A stretch of DNA of 64,000 bases from contig CAZVQC010000004.1 of the NCBI GenBank assembly GCA_964629225.1, positions 32,766 to 96,765 of the forward strand. The letters are read 5' to 3'. The position numbers were made by a program, and so were the translations under genes. This DNA is from an uncultured Ruminococcus sp. Its GTDB lineage: Bacteria; Bacillota; Clostridia; Oscillospirales; CAG-272. Under the pieces are notes generated by a model that worked only from the letters and a program-made list of their open reading frames with translations, was not told where the DNA came from and ran no database searches. Position 1 is the first letter of the stretch; every line of letters starts with the position of its first letter. Below are positions 17,643-26,987 of this stretch, piece after piece.

Positions 17643-20003
17643 TTATTTCGCCAGGTATTCTTTGATGCCTTCAACTCCGGCAAAGGCGTTGAATGAGTCG
17701 TCTGTCACCTCAATGAGGGTGGGAGCCTGCTTGAGTCCGTAGTGGCGTGCCAAGTCCTCGTTGTCCTCAACGAAGATCTTTTCATAACTTACTCCTGCCT
17801 TTTCAAGCAGAGCCGCCGCTATTTTGCATTTGGGGCAGGTCTTCGTTGCGAAGAGGAGCAGTGCCGTCACTTTTTCTTCCTTGACAACGGTCGCATCGGA
17901 TCCGCAACAGCAACCGCTATGGTGCAGATGGGATTTTTCAAGCACGTAGGCTTTTCTGTCCTTGAACTCCTGTGCCTTACCGTCGTTCCAGTTCTGTACG
18001 GGACGGTAGTAACCGGTGATACGGCTGTAGACTTCGGTCTTTTCGCCGCAGTCTCCGCAAACGTACTTTTCACCGGAGATGTAGCCGTGGTTCTTACAGA
18101 CAGAATAGGTGGGGCTGAGAGTGTAATAGGGCAGTTTGTAGTTCTCGGCAATGGTCTTTACGAGATTTGCCGCAGCCTTCCAATCGGGAAGCTTTTCACC
18201 GAGGAATGCGTGGAAGACGGTTCCCGATGTGTAGAGAGTCTGGAGCTCGTCCTGGATATCAAGAGCCGAGAACACATCCTCCGTGTAGCCCACTGGCAGG
18301 TGGGATGAGTTGGTGTAGTAGGGAGTCTCGCCTTTCTTGCCGGCTGTGATGATATCGGGGAAGCGCTTTACGTCGTGCTTTGCAAGACGGTAAGCGGTGG
18401 ATTCTGCGGGGGTAGCCTCAAGATTGTAGAGGTCGCCGTACTTCTCCTGGTAGTCGGAGAGCTTCTCTCTCATGTGGTTGAGAACATCCTTTGTGAATTC
18501 CTGTGTCCTCTTGTCTGTCATGTCGGCGCGGAGCCATTTTGCGTTGAGACCCACCTCGTTCATTCCGAGAAGACCGATGGTGGAGAAGTGATTTTCAAAT
18601 GTTCCGAGATAACGCTTTGTGTAGGGGTAGAGTCCCTCGTTCAAAAGCTTTGTGATGACGTCTCTCTTGATCTTGAGGGAGCGTGCGGAGATGTCCATCA
18701 TCCTGTCAAGCCTTGTATAGAAGTCCTTTTCATCGGCGGCCAGGTAGGCAATTCTCGGCATATTGATGGTAACGACACCGACAGAGCCGGTGGACTCGCC
18801 CGAGCCGAAGTATCCTCCGGACTTTTTGCGAAGCTCACGAAGGTCAAGACGGAGCCTGCAGCACATGGAACGGATGTCGGAGGGCTCCATGTCGGAGTTT
18901 ACGTAGTTTGAGAAATAGGGAGTTCCGTATTTGGAGGTCATCTCAAAGAGGAGACGGTTGTTTTCGGTCTCGGACCAGTCGAAATCTCTCGTGATGGAGT
19001 ACGTGGGGATCGGGTACTGGAAGCCTCTGCCGTTGGCATCGCCCTCGATCATTATCTCGATGAAGGCCTTGTTGACCATGTCCATCTCACGCTTGCAATC
19101 GCCGTAGGTGAAGTCCATCTCTTTGCCGCCTACGATAGCAGGTGCGCTCTCAAGGTCTGCGGGAACTGTCCAGTCGAGAGTTACGTTGGAGAAGGGAGCC
19201 TGAGTGCCCCATCTTGAAGGTGTGTTGACACCGTAGATGAAGGATTCGATGCATTTCTTCACTTGATCGTAGTCCAGATTATCCGCCTTTACGAAGGGAG
19301 CGAGGTAAGTATCGAATGAGGAGAATGCCTGAGCGCCTGCCCACTCGTTCTGCATGATGCCGAGGAAGTTGACCATCTGGTTGCAGAGAGTTGCAAGGTG
19401 CTTTGCGGGAGCGGATGTGATCTTGCCGGTAACACCGCCAAGCCCTTCGGTGATGAGTTGGCGGAGAGACCATCCTGCACAGTAGCCGGTGAGCATGGAG
19501 AGGTCGTGAAGGTGGATGTCCGCGTTCTTGTGGGCGTTTGCTATCTCGTCATCGTAGATCTCGGAGAGCCAGTAGTTGGCGGTGATGGCTCCGGAGTTTG
19601 AGAGGATGAGTCCGCCGACGGAGTAGGTCACCGTGGAATTCTCCTTGACACGCCAGTCGTTGATCTTGACGTAGTTGTCAACGATCTCTTTGTAGTCGAG
19701 GATGGTGGACTTTACGTTACGGAGCTTCTCTCTCTGGCGTCTGTAGAGGATGTATGCTTTCGCTACCTCCGCATATCCCGCCTGTACGAGGACGGATTCT
19801 ACGCTGTCCTGGATATCTTCCACTGCGATGAGTCCCTCTTTGATCTTCGGCTCAAAATCAGCCGTTACCTTCAGTGACAGAAGGTCGATCACCTGGGGAT
19901 GAGTCTGTGTTTCCTGCGCGTCGAAGGCAAGGGTAATCGCGTCTGAGATCTTTTTCAGGTCGAACTCTACGATCTTGCCGTCTCTTTTTTTAACTTGGTA
20001 CAT
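17643..20003 (-). CDS. nrdD: Class III anaerobic ribonucleotide reductase with N-terminal ATP cone and C-terminal glutaredoxin-like domain
   Basis: VKKRDG ATP cone, HLHDL, SMCCRL finger loop, NLEATPAE, CKNH..CGDC Zn site, YSRITGYY glycyl-radical motif, C-terminal TCPKC...APTL. Confidence 0.96.
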   Translation of the reverse strand: MYQVKKRDGKIVEFDLKKISDAITLAFDAQETQTHPQVIDLLSLKVTADFEPKIKEGLIAVEDIQDSVESVLVQAGYAEVAKAYILYRRQREKLRNVKSTILDYKEIVDNYVKINDWRVKENSTVTYSVGGLILSNSGAITANYWLSEIYDDEIANAHKNADIHLHDLSMLTGYCAGWSLRQLITEGLGGVTGKITSAPAKHLATLCNQMVNFLGIMQNEWAGAQAFSSFDTYLAPFVKADNLDYDQVKKCIESFIYGVNTPSRWGTQAPFSNVTLDWTVPADLESAPAIVGGKEMDFTYGDCKREMDMVNKAFIEIMIEGDANGRGFQYPIPTYSITRDFDWSETENNRLLFEMTSKYGTPYFSNYVNSDMEPSDIRSMCCRLRLDLRELRKKSGGYFGSGESTGSVGVVTINMPRIAYLAADEKDFYTRLDRMMDISARSLKIKRDVITKLLNEGLYPYTKRYLGTFENHFSTIGLLGMNEVGLNAKWLRADMTDKRTQEFTKDVLNHMREKLSDYQEKYGDLYNLEATPAESTAYRLAKHDVKRFPDIITAGKKGETPYYTNSSHLPVGYTEDVFSALDIQDELQTLYTSGTVFHAFLGEKLPDWKAAANLVKTIAENYKLPYYTLSPTYSVCKNHGYISGEKYVCGDCGEKTEVYSRITGYYRPVQNWNDGKAQEFKDRKAYVLEKSHLHHSGCCCGSDATVVKEEKVTALLLFATKTCPKCKIAAALLEKAGVSYEKIFVEDNEDLARHYGLKQAPTLIEVTDDSFNAFAGVEGIKEYLAK

Positions 20004-20079
20004 GAGGCGTCCTTCTTTCATAATGTAGTTATGTTATCGCCCGTCGGGGAACGGCGGGCAAAAATCGCTGTCGGGTAAC

Positions 20080-20108
20080 AGTATAGCATGGTAGCGATAC
20101 AAAGTCAA
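20080..20108 (-). promoter_or_regulatory. sigmaA promoter of nrdD-trxB
   Basis: TTGACT-17 bp-TATACT with extended TG. Confidence 0.7.
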
Positions 20109-20127
20109 GTGCCATTTAGCACAAAAA

Positions 20128-20175
20128 ACACAACATATTGTTGTTGAAGAACACAAGAATCACCATATATCGTTT
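20128..20175. promoter_or_regulatory. Tandem NrdR boxes
   Basis: ACACAACATATTGTTG (20128-20143) and TCACCATATATCGTTT (20160-20175) start 32 bp apart and match acaCwAtATaTwGtg, upstream of nrdD. Confidence 0.85.
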
Positions 20176-20278
20176 TTTTGCCTCGGAAGAGATTGCCTTT
20201 TTAACCCCCTCGAAACAGGGCGTTTCGGGCTGTTTTCGGAGAGAAAAAAGAAGTTTTTTATTTTTTTGAAAAAAGGTA

Positions 20279-20307
20279 TTGCAAAAGCGGAGAAAAGGTA
20301 TTATAAT
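20279..20307 (+). promoter_or_regulatory. sigmaA promoter of the glycine riboswitch-symporter transcript
   Basis: TTGCAA-17 bp-TATAAT. Confidence 0.75.
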
Positions 20308-20324
20308 AGTTGTCGAAATGAATG

Positions 20325-20500
20325 ATTGCTATGTGATGTTTGCAGGAAATGCGCTTGCGCGACCGAAGGAGTAACACTCTCAGGTGTCCGAAAGGATGAG
20401 GACTGTGAACGGATAGGGCTTTGGAGAATCCCACCTTGAGTTGGGTGCCGAAGGGGCAAGACGGCGTTGCCGTTAATCTCTCAGGCAAAAGGACAAAGTG
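20325..20500 (+). ncRNA. Tandem glycine riboswitch
   Basis: Two aptamers, each with CCGAAGG...CTCTCAGG...GGAC. P1 stems GTTTGCAG/CTGTGAAC and CTTTG/CAAAG. Lies upstream of a Na+/alanine-glycine symporter. Confidence 0.95.
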
Positions 20501-20562
20501 ACCCGATCATCCCATCCGGAGTGTTTTTTTCGTTGGGCTTTTCGGAAGATGTTTGTTTTTTC

Positions 20563-20592
20563 AGGACCGCTATCCATGGTAGCGGTCTTTTT
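20563..20592 (+). terminator. Leader terminator (riboswitch expression platform)
   Basis: GACCGCTA-TCCATGG-TAGCGGTC followed by TTTTT, just before the RBS. Confidence 0.65.
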
Positions 20593-20619
20593 ACGTCTTT
20601 CGAAAAGGAGAATTCTAAA

Positions 20620-22044
20620 ATGGATCAGGTCATGGAACAGGTATTGAATGCCGTGAAGACCGTCAACAGCTACCTATCGGACTACATTTTGATAGTGCTG
20701 TTGGTGGGAGTCGGCATCTTCTTTACTCTGCGCACGAGATTTGTTCAGGTGCGCTGTTTCAAGGAAGGATTGAAAGAGGTGTTCGGAAACATCTCCTTCA
20801 ACGGAAAAAAGAGCAAGAGCGGCCTCAGTTCTTTTCAGGCTTTGATGACGGCAATTGCGGCACAGGTGGGTACCGGTAATATCGTGGGTGCTTGCGGTGC
20901 GATCATGATAGGCGGTCCCGGTGCGATCTTCTGGATGTGGATAATAGCGTTTTTCGGCATGGCAACTATCTATGCCGAGGCAGTGCTTGCGCAGAAGACA
21001 AGGGTGGTAGATCCGGACGGTTCGGTTGCCGGTGGACCTGTCTATTATATCAAGAAGGCCTTCGGCGGCGTATTCGGCAAGATACTGTCGGTGTTTTTTG
21101 CCATCGCTACGGTGCTCGCTTTGGGACTCATGGGAGCAATGGTACAGTCCAACTCCATCAGTGAAGCCTGCAACACCGCCTTCGGCATTCCGAAATGGAT
21201 CATCGGCATCGCAGTCTGTGTTTTTGCCGCACTCATCTTCATAGGCGGGCTCTCCCGCATCGGTTCGGTGGTGGAAAAACTCGTCCCTGTAATGGCAGTG
21301 CTCTACATTGTCGGGGGACTTGTGGTCCTTGCGGTAAGAGTGAAGTACATACCGGAGACATTCGGCATGATATTCAAGTACGCTTTTGACCCCACCGCTC
21401 TTGTGGGCGGCGGCATCGGCTACGCTCTCAAGACTGCGATAAGTCAAGGTGCTAAAAGAGGACTTTTCTCAAATGAGGCGGGAATGGGCTCGACTCCCCA
21501 CGCCCACGCAATGGCAAATGCCGAGAGCCCTCATAAGCAGGGAGTTGCTGCGATGATAGGCGTCTTCATCGACACCTTCGTCGTGCTCACGATGACCGCC
21601 CTTGTGGTGATCTCCACCCTGTATGCCGGCGGCGGAGTGCTCTCCGGGGGTATTGTCGGCGAAGTCGCTCCGGATCTTACGAAGGCTACCCTTGCTCAAA
21701 CGGCATTCGGCTCGGTCTTCGGCTCGTCTCTCGGAAACGCCTTCGTTGCTATCTGTCTTTTCTTCTTTGCGTTCTCCACCATCATCGGCTGGAACCTCTT
21801 CGGACGTATCAACGTGAAGTTTCTCTTCGGAAAGAAGGCGGATATCCCCTACTCTGCCATCGCCGTCATCTTCATCTTCCTCGGCTCTCTTCTTTCAAAC
21901 GATCTTGTGTGGGAACTCACCGACATGTTCAACCAGCTCATGGTCATCCCGAACGTCATTGCCATCATCGCACTGTCAAAGACTGTGGCAGAGGAAGTGA
22001 AAAAAGCAAGAGAAAAGAAAAAGCAAGTTTCCAAAATAAAGTGA
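20620..22044 (+). CDS. alsT: Alanine/glycine:cation symporter (AGCS family)
   Basis: AQVGTGNI, GGPGAIFWMW, GGPVYYI, RGLFSNEAGMGS. AAGGAG RBS before the ATG at 20620. Confidence 0.93.
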   Translation: MDQVMEQVLNAVKTVNSYLSDYILIVLLVGVGIFFTLRTRFVQVRCFKEGLKEVFGNISFNGKKSKSGLSSFQALMTAIAAQVGTGNIVGACGAIMIGGPGAIFWMWIIAFFGMATIYAEAVLAQKTRVVDPDGSVAGGPVYYIKKAFGGVFGKILSVFFAIATVLALGLMGAMVQSNSISEACNTAFGIPKWIIGIAVCVFAALIFIGGLSRIGSVVEKLVPVMAVLYIVGGLVVLAVRVKYIPETFGMIFKYAFDPTALVGGGIGYALKTAISQGAKRGLFSNEAGMGSTPHAHAMANAESPHKQGVAAMIGVFIDTFVVLTMTALVVISTLYAGGGVLSGGIVGEVAPDLTKATLAQTAFGSVFGSSLGNAFVAICLFFFAFSTIIGWNLFGRINVKFLFGKKADIPYSAIAVIFIFLGSLLSNDLVWELTDMFNQLMVIPNVIAIIALSKTVAEEVKKAREKKKQVSKIK

Positions 22045-22051
22045 TATTAAT

Positions 22052-22079
22052 AAAAAAGCTCCCCTGTGGGAGCTTTTTT
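22052..22079. terminator. Bidirectional terminator
   Basis: AAAAAAGCTCCC-CTGT-GGGAGCTTTTTT between convergent genes. Confidence 0.85.
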
Positions 22080-22873
22080 CAGCCTTTTATCTTTTCCAAA
22101 ATTTCCGTTCCGATGAAGCCCACTTCTTTGAAAGCCTCCGGGTCATGACGGATGATGTAGTCGATGTAGCTCTCCGTCATGAGGGCGCTGAGACGGTAGC
22201 CGGCGGGATTCATGTGGCCGTGAAGAAAGTATCTTTTTTGGAACTCCCCGTCGTAGACAGGAGCGTATTTGTAGAAATTGAGGTGGTAGGCGCGGTCTAA
22301 CTTCTCTGCTATCCTGTCAAGGAGATCCGCCATCTCGCCTCTCGTCTTATCAAGATCGCTGCCGTGACGGGGCATTGACATTAAGAAGATGAAGGCATCC
22401 GGCTGCATCTTTTTGATCTTCGACAGTATCCTGCCGTAGTATCCCGCAAAAGTTTCCGGATTCTTTTCCGGTTCATCGACGTTGATATCATTCTCACTTC
22501 CCATCTCTCTTTTTTCCATGAACAGGTCATTCGATCCCAGCGCCACTATGTAGGCAGAGCATCTCTTGGCTTTGTCCTCGAAGCCGACTTCATGTGAGAA
22601 GAATTCGGTGAAATCGTGAGCGGTCATTCCGCCCTTTGAAAAATTGAAGACCGTGGCTCCGGTGTCCCTTGCAATGAACTGTCCCCAAGAGAAATCGTAA
22701 AGATCGTGAAAACCGGGAGTTCCCTTCGGGTCCCTTGTTTCGAATTCTCCGGAAGAGAGACTGTCCCCGACACATCCTATCCTTCTGAAAATAGCGGAGA
22801 GACCGCCGCAGGGAGGGATGGTATCAAGGGGCTTTTCGTTTTCATTGTTTTCAAGATAGAATCTGAGATCCAT
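22079..22873 (-). CDS. SGNH/GDSL hydrolase
   Basis: GDSLS block I, SKGG block II, LGSND block III, GHMNPAGY block V. Upstream promoter TTGCAA-17-TAAAAT at 22926-22954. Confidence 0.85.
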   Translation of the reverse strand: MDLRFYLENNENEKPLDTIPPCGGLSAIFRRIGCVGDSLSSGEFETRDPKGTPGFHDLYDFSWGQFIARDTGATVFNFSKGGMTAHDFTEFFSHEVGFEDKAKRCSAYIVALGSNDLFMEKREMGSENDINVDEPEKNPETFAGYYGRILSKIKKMQPDAFIFLMSMPRHGSDLDKTRGEMADLLDRIAEKLDRAYHLNFYKYAPVYDGEFQKRYFLHGHMNPAGYRLSALMTESYIDYIIRHDPEAFKEVGFIGTEILEKIKG

Positions 22874-22987
22874 TTTTCCGTCCTTTAACTGCCGATCAAA
22901 AATCGGCGTGTTGTCTTTTTATTTGATTTTAGCAGAAACGGAGGCGGTTTGCAACAGTTCGGTGAAAATACTTCCGTTGCCTTTTTC

Positions 22988-23016
22988 TTGACAATCATTA
23001 AAATGGGTGATAGAAT
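22988..23016 (+). promoter_or_regulatory. sigmaA promoter of greA
   Basis: TTGACA-17 bp-TAGAAT with extended TG. Confidence 0.7.
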
Positions 23017-23073
23017 ACCGTTACCGAGTTCATACTATGTCGGATGGGCTTGGAAAAAGCATTAAGGCAGGAT

Positions 23074-23580
23074 ATGGCAGTGTACGACGAACTGACGAAG
23101 GTAGATATTGAAAAAATGCAGGCGGAGATCGACGAAAGAAAGGCAAGAAACGCCTCTCTGAGGGAGAATATCCGTGCGGCAAGAGAGCTTGGAGACTTGA
23201 GCGAAAACGATGAATACCGAAGTGCAAAAAGGGAATTCGGCAGAAACAACAGCCGGATCAGGTACCTTGAGAGCATGATCAATACCGCCGTCGTCATCAC
23301 CGATGAGTCTGCGGAGGATACGGTGGGGCTTTTCGATTGGACGGAGCTCTACTATGAGGATGACGATGAAACGAGCACTATTCGGCTTGTCACCACTCTC
23401 AGAAACGACGTTCTCACCGGAAATATTTCGAAAGAAAGCCCATTGGGGCAGGCGATCTTCGGAAAGAAGGTCGGAGACAGAGTTCAGGTCAAGGTCAACG
23501 ATAAGGTCAGTTATTACGTTGTCATAAAGTCGGTCAAAAAGGGCAGTGACGACCCGGACCTTCCCATTTCCGCTTTTTAG
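23074..23580 (+). CDS. greA: GreA/GreB family transcription elongation factor
   Basis: ARELGDLSENDEY, ISKESPLGQAIFGKKVGD. Confidence 0.9.
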   Translation: MAVYDELTKVDIEKMQAEIDERKARNASLRENIRAARELGDLSENDEYRSAKREFGRNNSRIRYLESMINTAVVITDESAEDTVGLFDWTELYYEDDDETSTIRLVTTLRNDVLTGNISKESPLGQAIFGKKVGDRVQVKVNDKVSYYVVIKSVKKGSDDPDLPISAF

Positions 23581-23600
23581 AAGATGTCGCAATAACACCG

Positions 23601-23647
23601 TTTCCCGTGCATTTCCCGATCTTTAACATCGGGAAATGCACGGGAAA
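23601..23647. repeat. Perfect 20-bp inverted repeat after greA (terminator or operator)
   Basis: TTTCCCGTGCATTTCCCGAT-CTTTAAC-ATCGGGAAATGCACGGGAAA. Confidence 0.8.
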
Positions 23648-23785
23648 TCTTTGTTTGTCCGATCCTCCGGTTTTTGGAACATTTCGCACCGGATAATGAC
23701 AGAAAAAAACAGTGGGAAACAGCCTTTCTCTTTTTCCGTTTGCTTTAAAATCGTCCCGTAAGATGACTTGCGAAAGGACGTAAAA

Positions 23786-26185
23786 ATGGAAAAGAAACTG
23801 AAACTGTTAAAGACCGGAGCGCTCGGCCGCTTCGGTGAGGCGTTTTTGCAAAAGCGGGAAGAAAGAAATAAGGAGGGGACAGCAAAGGGAGGGCTTAAAA
23901 GAATCATTTTGCCCCTTGGAGCGTTTCTTTTGTCATTTGCTGTGTCGGGGACGGAACTTGCCCTCGGGGTCTTCCCGTTTGGGGTGGCTCTTTCCTGTGC
24001 CGCATCCTCTTTTGCCGTCGCTGCGGCAGTGGCTGGGGGAGCTGCTGCATCTCTTGCGACGGTTGGAGAGGGGGTACTTGCTCCCGTGGCGGTGACGGTG
24101 ACGGTTTTTGCTTTTCGAGCCCTGCGGGCGCTTTGGCACGGTTCCCGATCGGGAAAAGAGAGAACGGGCACCTCCATGGGAGCTGTTGAGCGGATCGTTT
24201 CCGGTTTTGAGATGAAGGACTCCGGCAAAATGAAATTATCCCTTGCGGTGGCGCTCGTTTTGGGGGTGTTGAATGCCTTTGGCGGTATCAATTTTTGGTA
24301 CTATGTTTTCGCGGGAGCCTTCGGTGCTGTGATGATACCGATGCTCTGCTTTGCCTTGTCATCCCTCGGAAGGCGGAATGCAAGACCGGTGATGAAGAAA
24401 CTGGGCGTTTCGGTGCTGTCCTTTGCGGCGGTGCTGTCGGTGGCGGACGTCACGGTGCTTGGCATGAATATCGGTATTATTATCGCCCTTTGCGGGACAT
24501 TCTACATAGCGTGGGCGGAGGGTATCGAGTTTGCCGCTTTGTTTGGGATCGTGACGGGACTTGCCCTTCCGGAGACCCTTTCCGCCTTGTGTCCGATCGG
24601 AGGGGTCGTGGCGGCGGCGCTCTTTCCCGTTTCTTCCGGGGCGGCTCTGATAGGAGGAGCGGCGGTGTCTGTCAGTTGGGCGCTCCACGCACTGGGACTT
24701 GCCGCCATATCCGAGGTGATGCCGGAGATACTGTTTTCTTCACTGCTTTTCTATCCGGCTATTTCCTTCGGTATCCTACCGGAAAAGATAAAGTTCTTTT
24801 CCGTTCCCGATACGGCGGGGTGGGAGCCACAGGCAAAGGGCGGAGCTTTTGAGAGCACCGGGGACAGACTGCGCCGTATCAGCGGTGCGTTGAGTTATAT
24901 GTCCCACATTTTCGGAAATCTATCAAAAAGGCTGAGGATCCCGTCAAATTCCGAATGCATGGCTATCTGCCTATCCGCTTTTGGAGACGCCTGTGTCACC
25001 TGCGGCAAAAAGAAGCTTTGTCACGGCATGGAGGCGGCGGGAGGCAGACGTGCCGCTTCGGTGCTTGCGGAAAAATTGAGGCAGAACGGGCGCATTACTG
25101 TGTCTTGCGTCCCTGAAGCTTTGCAGAGAGGTTGCCCTGCGATAGATGACGTTATCAGTGACATCAACCGAGAGTACGGTAAGGCCTTCAAAGAGGGGGT
25201 AAAGTGTGATAAGACGGCGGTGGCGGCAGAAGACTACGGGAATTTTGCCGCCCTGATAGGGGAATGTGTCGCAGTTTGCGAGAAGGAAAACGAGAAAAAT
25301 GAGCTTTTGACCTGCCGACTTGAGAAAAAGCTGGACTCCCTCGGAGTTTCTTTTGAGGGCATCGGTGTCTACGGAGAACGGCGCCCCAGAATCTTCGTTC
25401 GGGGCTTCAGCGCAAACGATCTGACTTACGGCGCGGAGGACCTGAGGGCGAGCGCCGAGGAGACGTTCAAGGTTCCCCTGACGGAGCCTTGTATGTCCAT
25501 GGATATCGACAAGCTCAATATGTTCATGGAAGCAAGACAGCGTTTTTCCGTCAAGAACGGGAAATACAGCAGCAGAGGCGACAGGAGCGAGGCAAACGGA
25601 GATGCGGTGGCGTCCTTTGAGGGGCCTGACGGTGACTATTATTTTCTGATCGCGGACGGGATGGGAAGCGGCAGGGAGGCGGCCCTCACCGCAAGGATAG
25701 CGGCGGTGTTCCTTGAGAGAATGCTCTCTGCGGGATGCACCCCGGAGACCGCCCTTGTGCTCCTTAATGATTTTACAAGGGAGAGGCGGATCGAATGTTC
25801 TTCCACCGTGGATCTTTTAAGGATCGATCTTTTCACCGGAAAGGCGGTCTTTATCAAGAGCGGTGCGGCCCCCTCATTCGTTCTTCGTGACGGAAAGCTT
25901 TTCAAGCTTGAGTGCGGAACGATGCCCATGGGGATCTTAAAAGAACTGTCGGCAAGGAGTGTGGAGTTTGATCTTGAGGACGGGGACACGGTGATCATGA
26001 TATCGGATGGAATAATGGCCGAGGATCGGCCGCCCATGTGGCTGTACGATCTTATATGCGACGGGGAAACGGAGCGAGAGCCTCCCTTTGAGCTTGCCAA
26101 AAGGATAGCTGCGGAATCAAAGAAGCACGCATTCCGCCGCGATGATGCCACGGCGGGAGTCCTCAGGATAGAAAAGACTGCCTGA
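23786..26185 (+). CDS. spoIIE: Stage II sporulation protein E (PP2C phosphatase)
   Basis: N-terminal multi-TM region, Cys-containing central domain, PP2C motifs ADGMGSG, TVDL, KSGAAPSF, SDG, DDAT. The start codon is uncertain. Confidence 0.85.
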   Translation: MEKKLKLLKTGALGRFGEAFLQKREERNKEGTAKGGLKRIILPLGAFLLSFAVSGTELALGVFPFGVALSCAASSFAVAAAVAGGAAASLATVGEGVLAPVAVTVTVFAFRALRALWHGSRSGKERTGTSMGAVERIVSGFEMKDSGKMKLSLAVALVLGVLNAFGGINFWYYVFAGAFGAVMIPMLCFALSSLGRRNARPVMKKLGVSVLSFAAVLSVADVTVLGMNIGIIIALCGTFYIAWAEGIEFAALFGIVTGLALPETLSALCPIGGVVAAALFPVSSGAALIGGAAVSVSWALHALGLAAISEVMPEILFSSLLFYPAISFGILPEKIKFFSVPDTAGWEPQAKGGAFESTGDRLRRISGALSYMSHIFGNLSKRLRIPSNSECMAICLSAFGDACVTCGKKKLCHGMEAAGGRRAASVLAEKLRQNGRITVSCVPEALQRGCPAIDDVISDINREYGKAFKEGVKCDKTAVAAEDYGNFAALIGECVAVCEKENEKNELLTCRLEKKLDSLGVSFEGIGVYGERRPRIFVRGFSANDLTYGAEDLRASAEETFKVPLTEPCMSMDIDKLNMFMEARQRFSVKNGKYSSRGDRSEANGDAVASFEGPDGDYYFLIADGMGSGREAALTARIAAVFLERMLSAGCTPETALVLLNDFTRERRIECSSTVDLLRIDLFTGKAVFIKSGAAPSFVLRDGKLFKLECGTMPMGILKELSARSVEFDLEDGDTVIMISDGIMAEDRPPMWLYDLICDGETEREPPFELAKRIAAESKKHAFRRDDATAGVLRIEKTA

Positions 26186-26264
26186 CGGCTGAGTTTTTTT
26201 GAAAAAATGCTTTCGTTTTCGGTGCTTTTCTGCTATAATTTAAGGTAGAAAAGAGGGTGATACC

Positions 26265-26987
26265 GTGAAAGGATCAATGAAAAAAAGACCGAAAAACAAA
26301 AGGAGCGGCTCTCCGTTTTCTGAAAGCGAAAGACTGAGGGTATTTCTAGGAATGATAACGGTGGGAGGGTATCTTGGCTCCTTCGTCTACGTTCTTCGGG
26401 GCGGCGTATTCAGCAACGCCCAGACCGGGAACATATTGCTGTTCTCCATTCGTCTCGGACAGGGGGAGGGCTTCAAAGCCTTCTATTATCTCATTCCGGT
26501 GGCGGCGTATCTTGCGGGGATCGTGATATCGGAGCTGTTCTCGGTGAGGCTCTCATCAAAAGGAATGCTGTCATGGCCGACGGTGTTCGTAGCGGTAGAA
26601 GCGGTGGCGGTGCTCGTTCTCGGTGCAGTGCCCGCAGAGGCTCCGGTGCAGATATGCCAGATAGCGGTGAGTTTCCTTGCGGCGATGCAGTACAACACCT
26701 TCAAAAAAGCCGAAAACGAGTCTATGGCAACGACGTTTTGCACCAACCACTTGAGGCAGACCGGCGGTGCTTTTGCAAGGTGGATATTGAACCGTGACAG
26801 GAAAGAGGGCAGAAGGACCCTGTCCCATGTGGCGATGATAGCAGCCTTTGTTTTCGGAGCGGCAGTGTCGGCTGCTCTTGGAAAGACGTTCGGCGTGAGG
26901 TCTCTGTGGTTTGCGGAGATACCGCTTCTCGTGATCCTTGCGGATCTTATCGGAGCTGATGTGGCGAAGGTAAAGGCGGCAAAGTGA
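26265..26987 (+). CDS. YoaK/DUF1275 family membrane protein
   Basis: GGVFSNAQTGN, AMQYNTF, TTFCTNHLRQ. Confidence 0.85.
   Translation: MKGSMKKRPKNKRSGSPFSESERLRVFLGMITVGGYLGSFVYVLRGGVFSNAQTGNILLFSIRLGQGEGFKAFYYLIPVAAYLAGIVISELFSVRLSSKGMLSWPTVFVAVEAVAVLVLGAVPAEAPVQICQIAVSFLAAMQYNTFKKAENESMATTFCTNHLRQTGGAFARWILNRDRKEGRRTLSHVAMIAAFVFGAAVSAALGKTFGVRSLWFAEIPLLVILADLIGADVAKVKAAK

Noticed and set aside
20467-20619. Extended N-terminus of the symporter ORF
   Set aside because: It falls inside the riboswitch and leader terminator. The real start with an RBS is at 20620.
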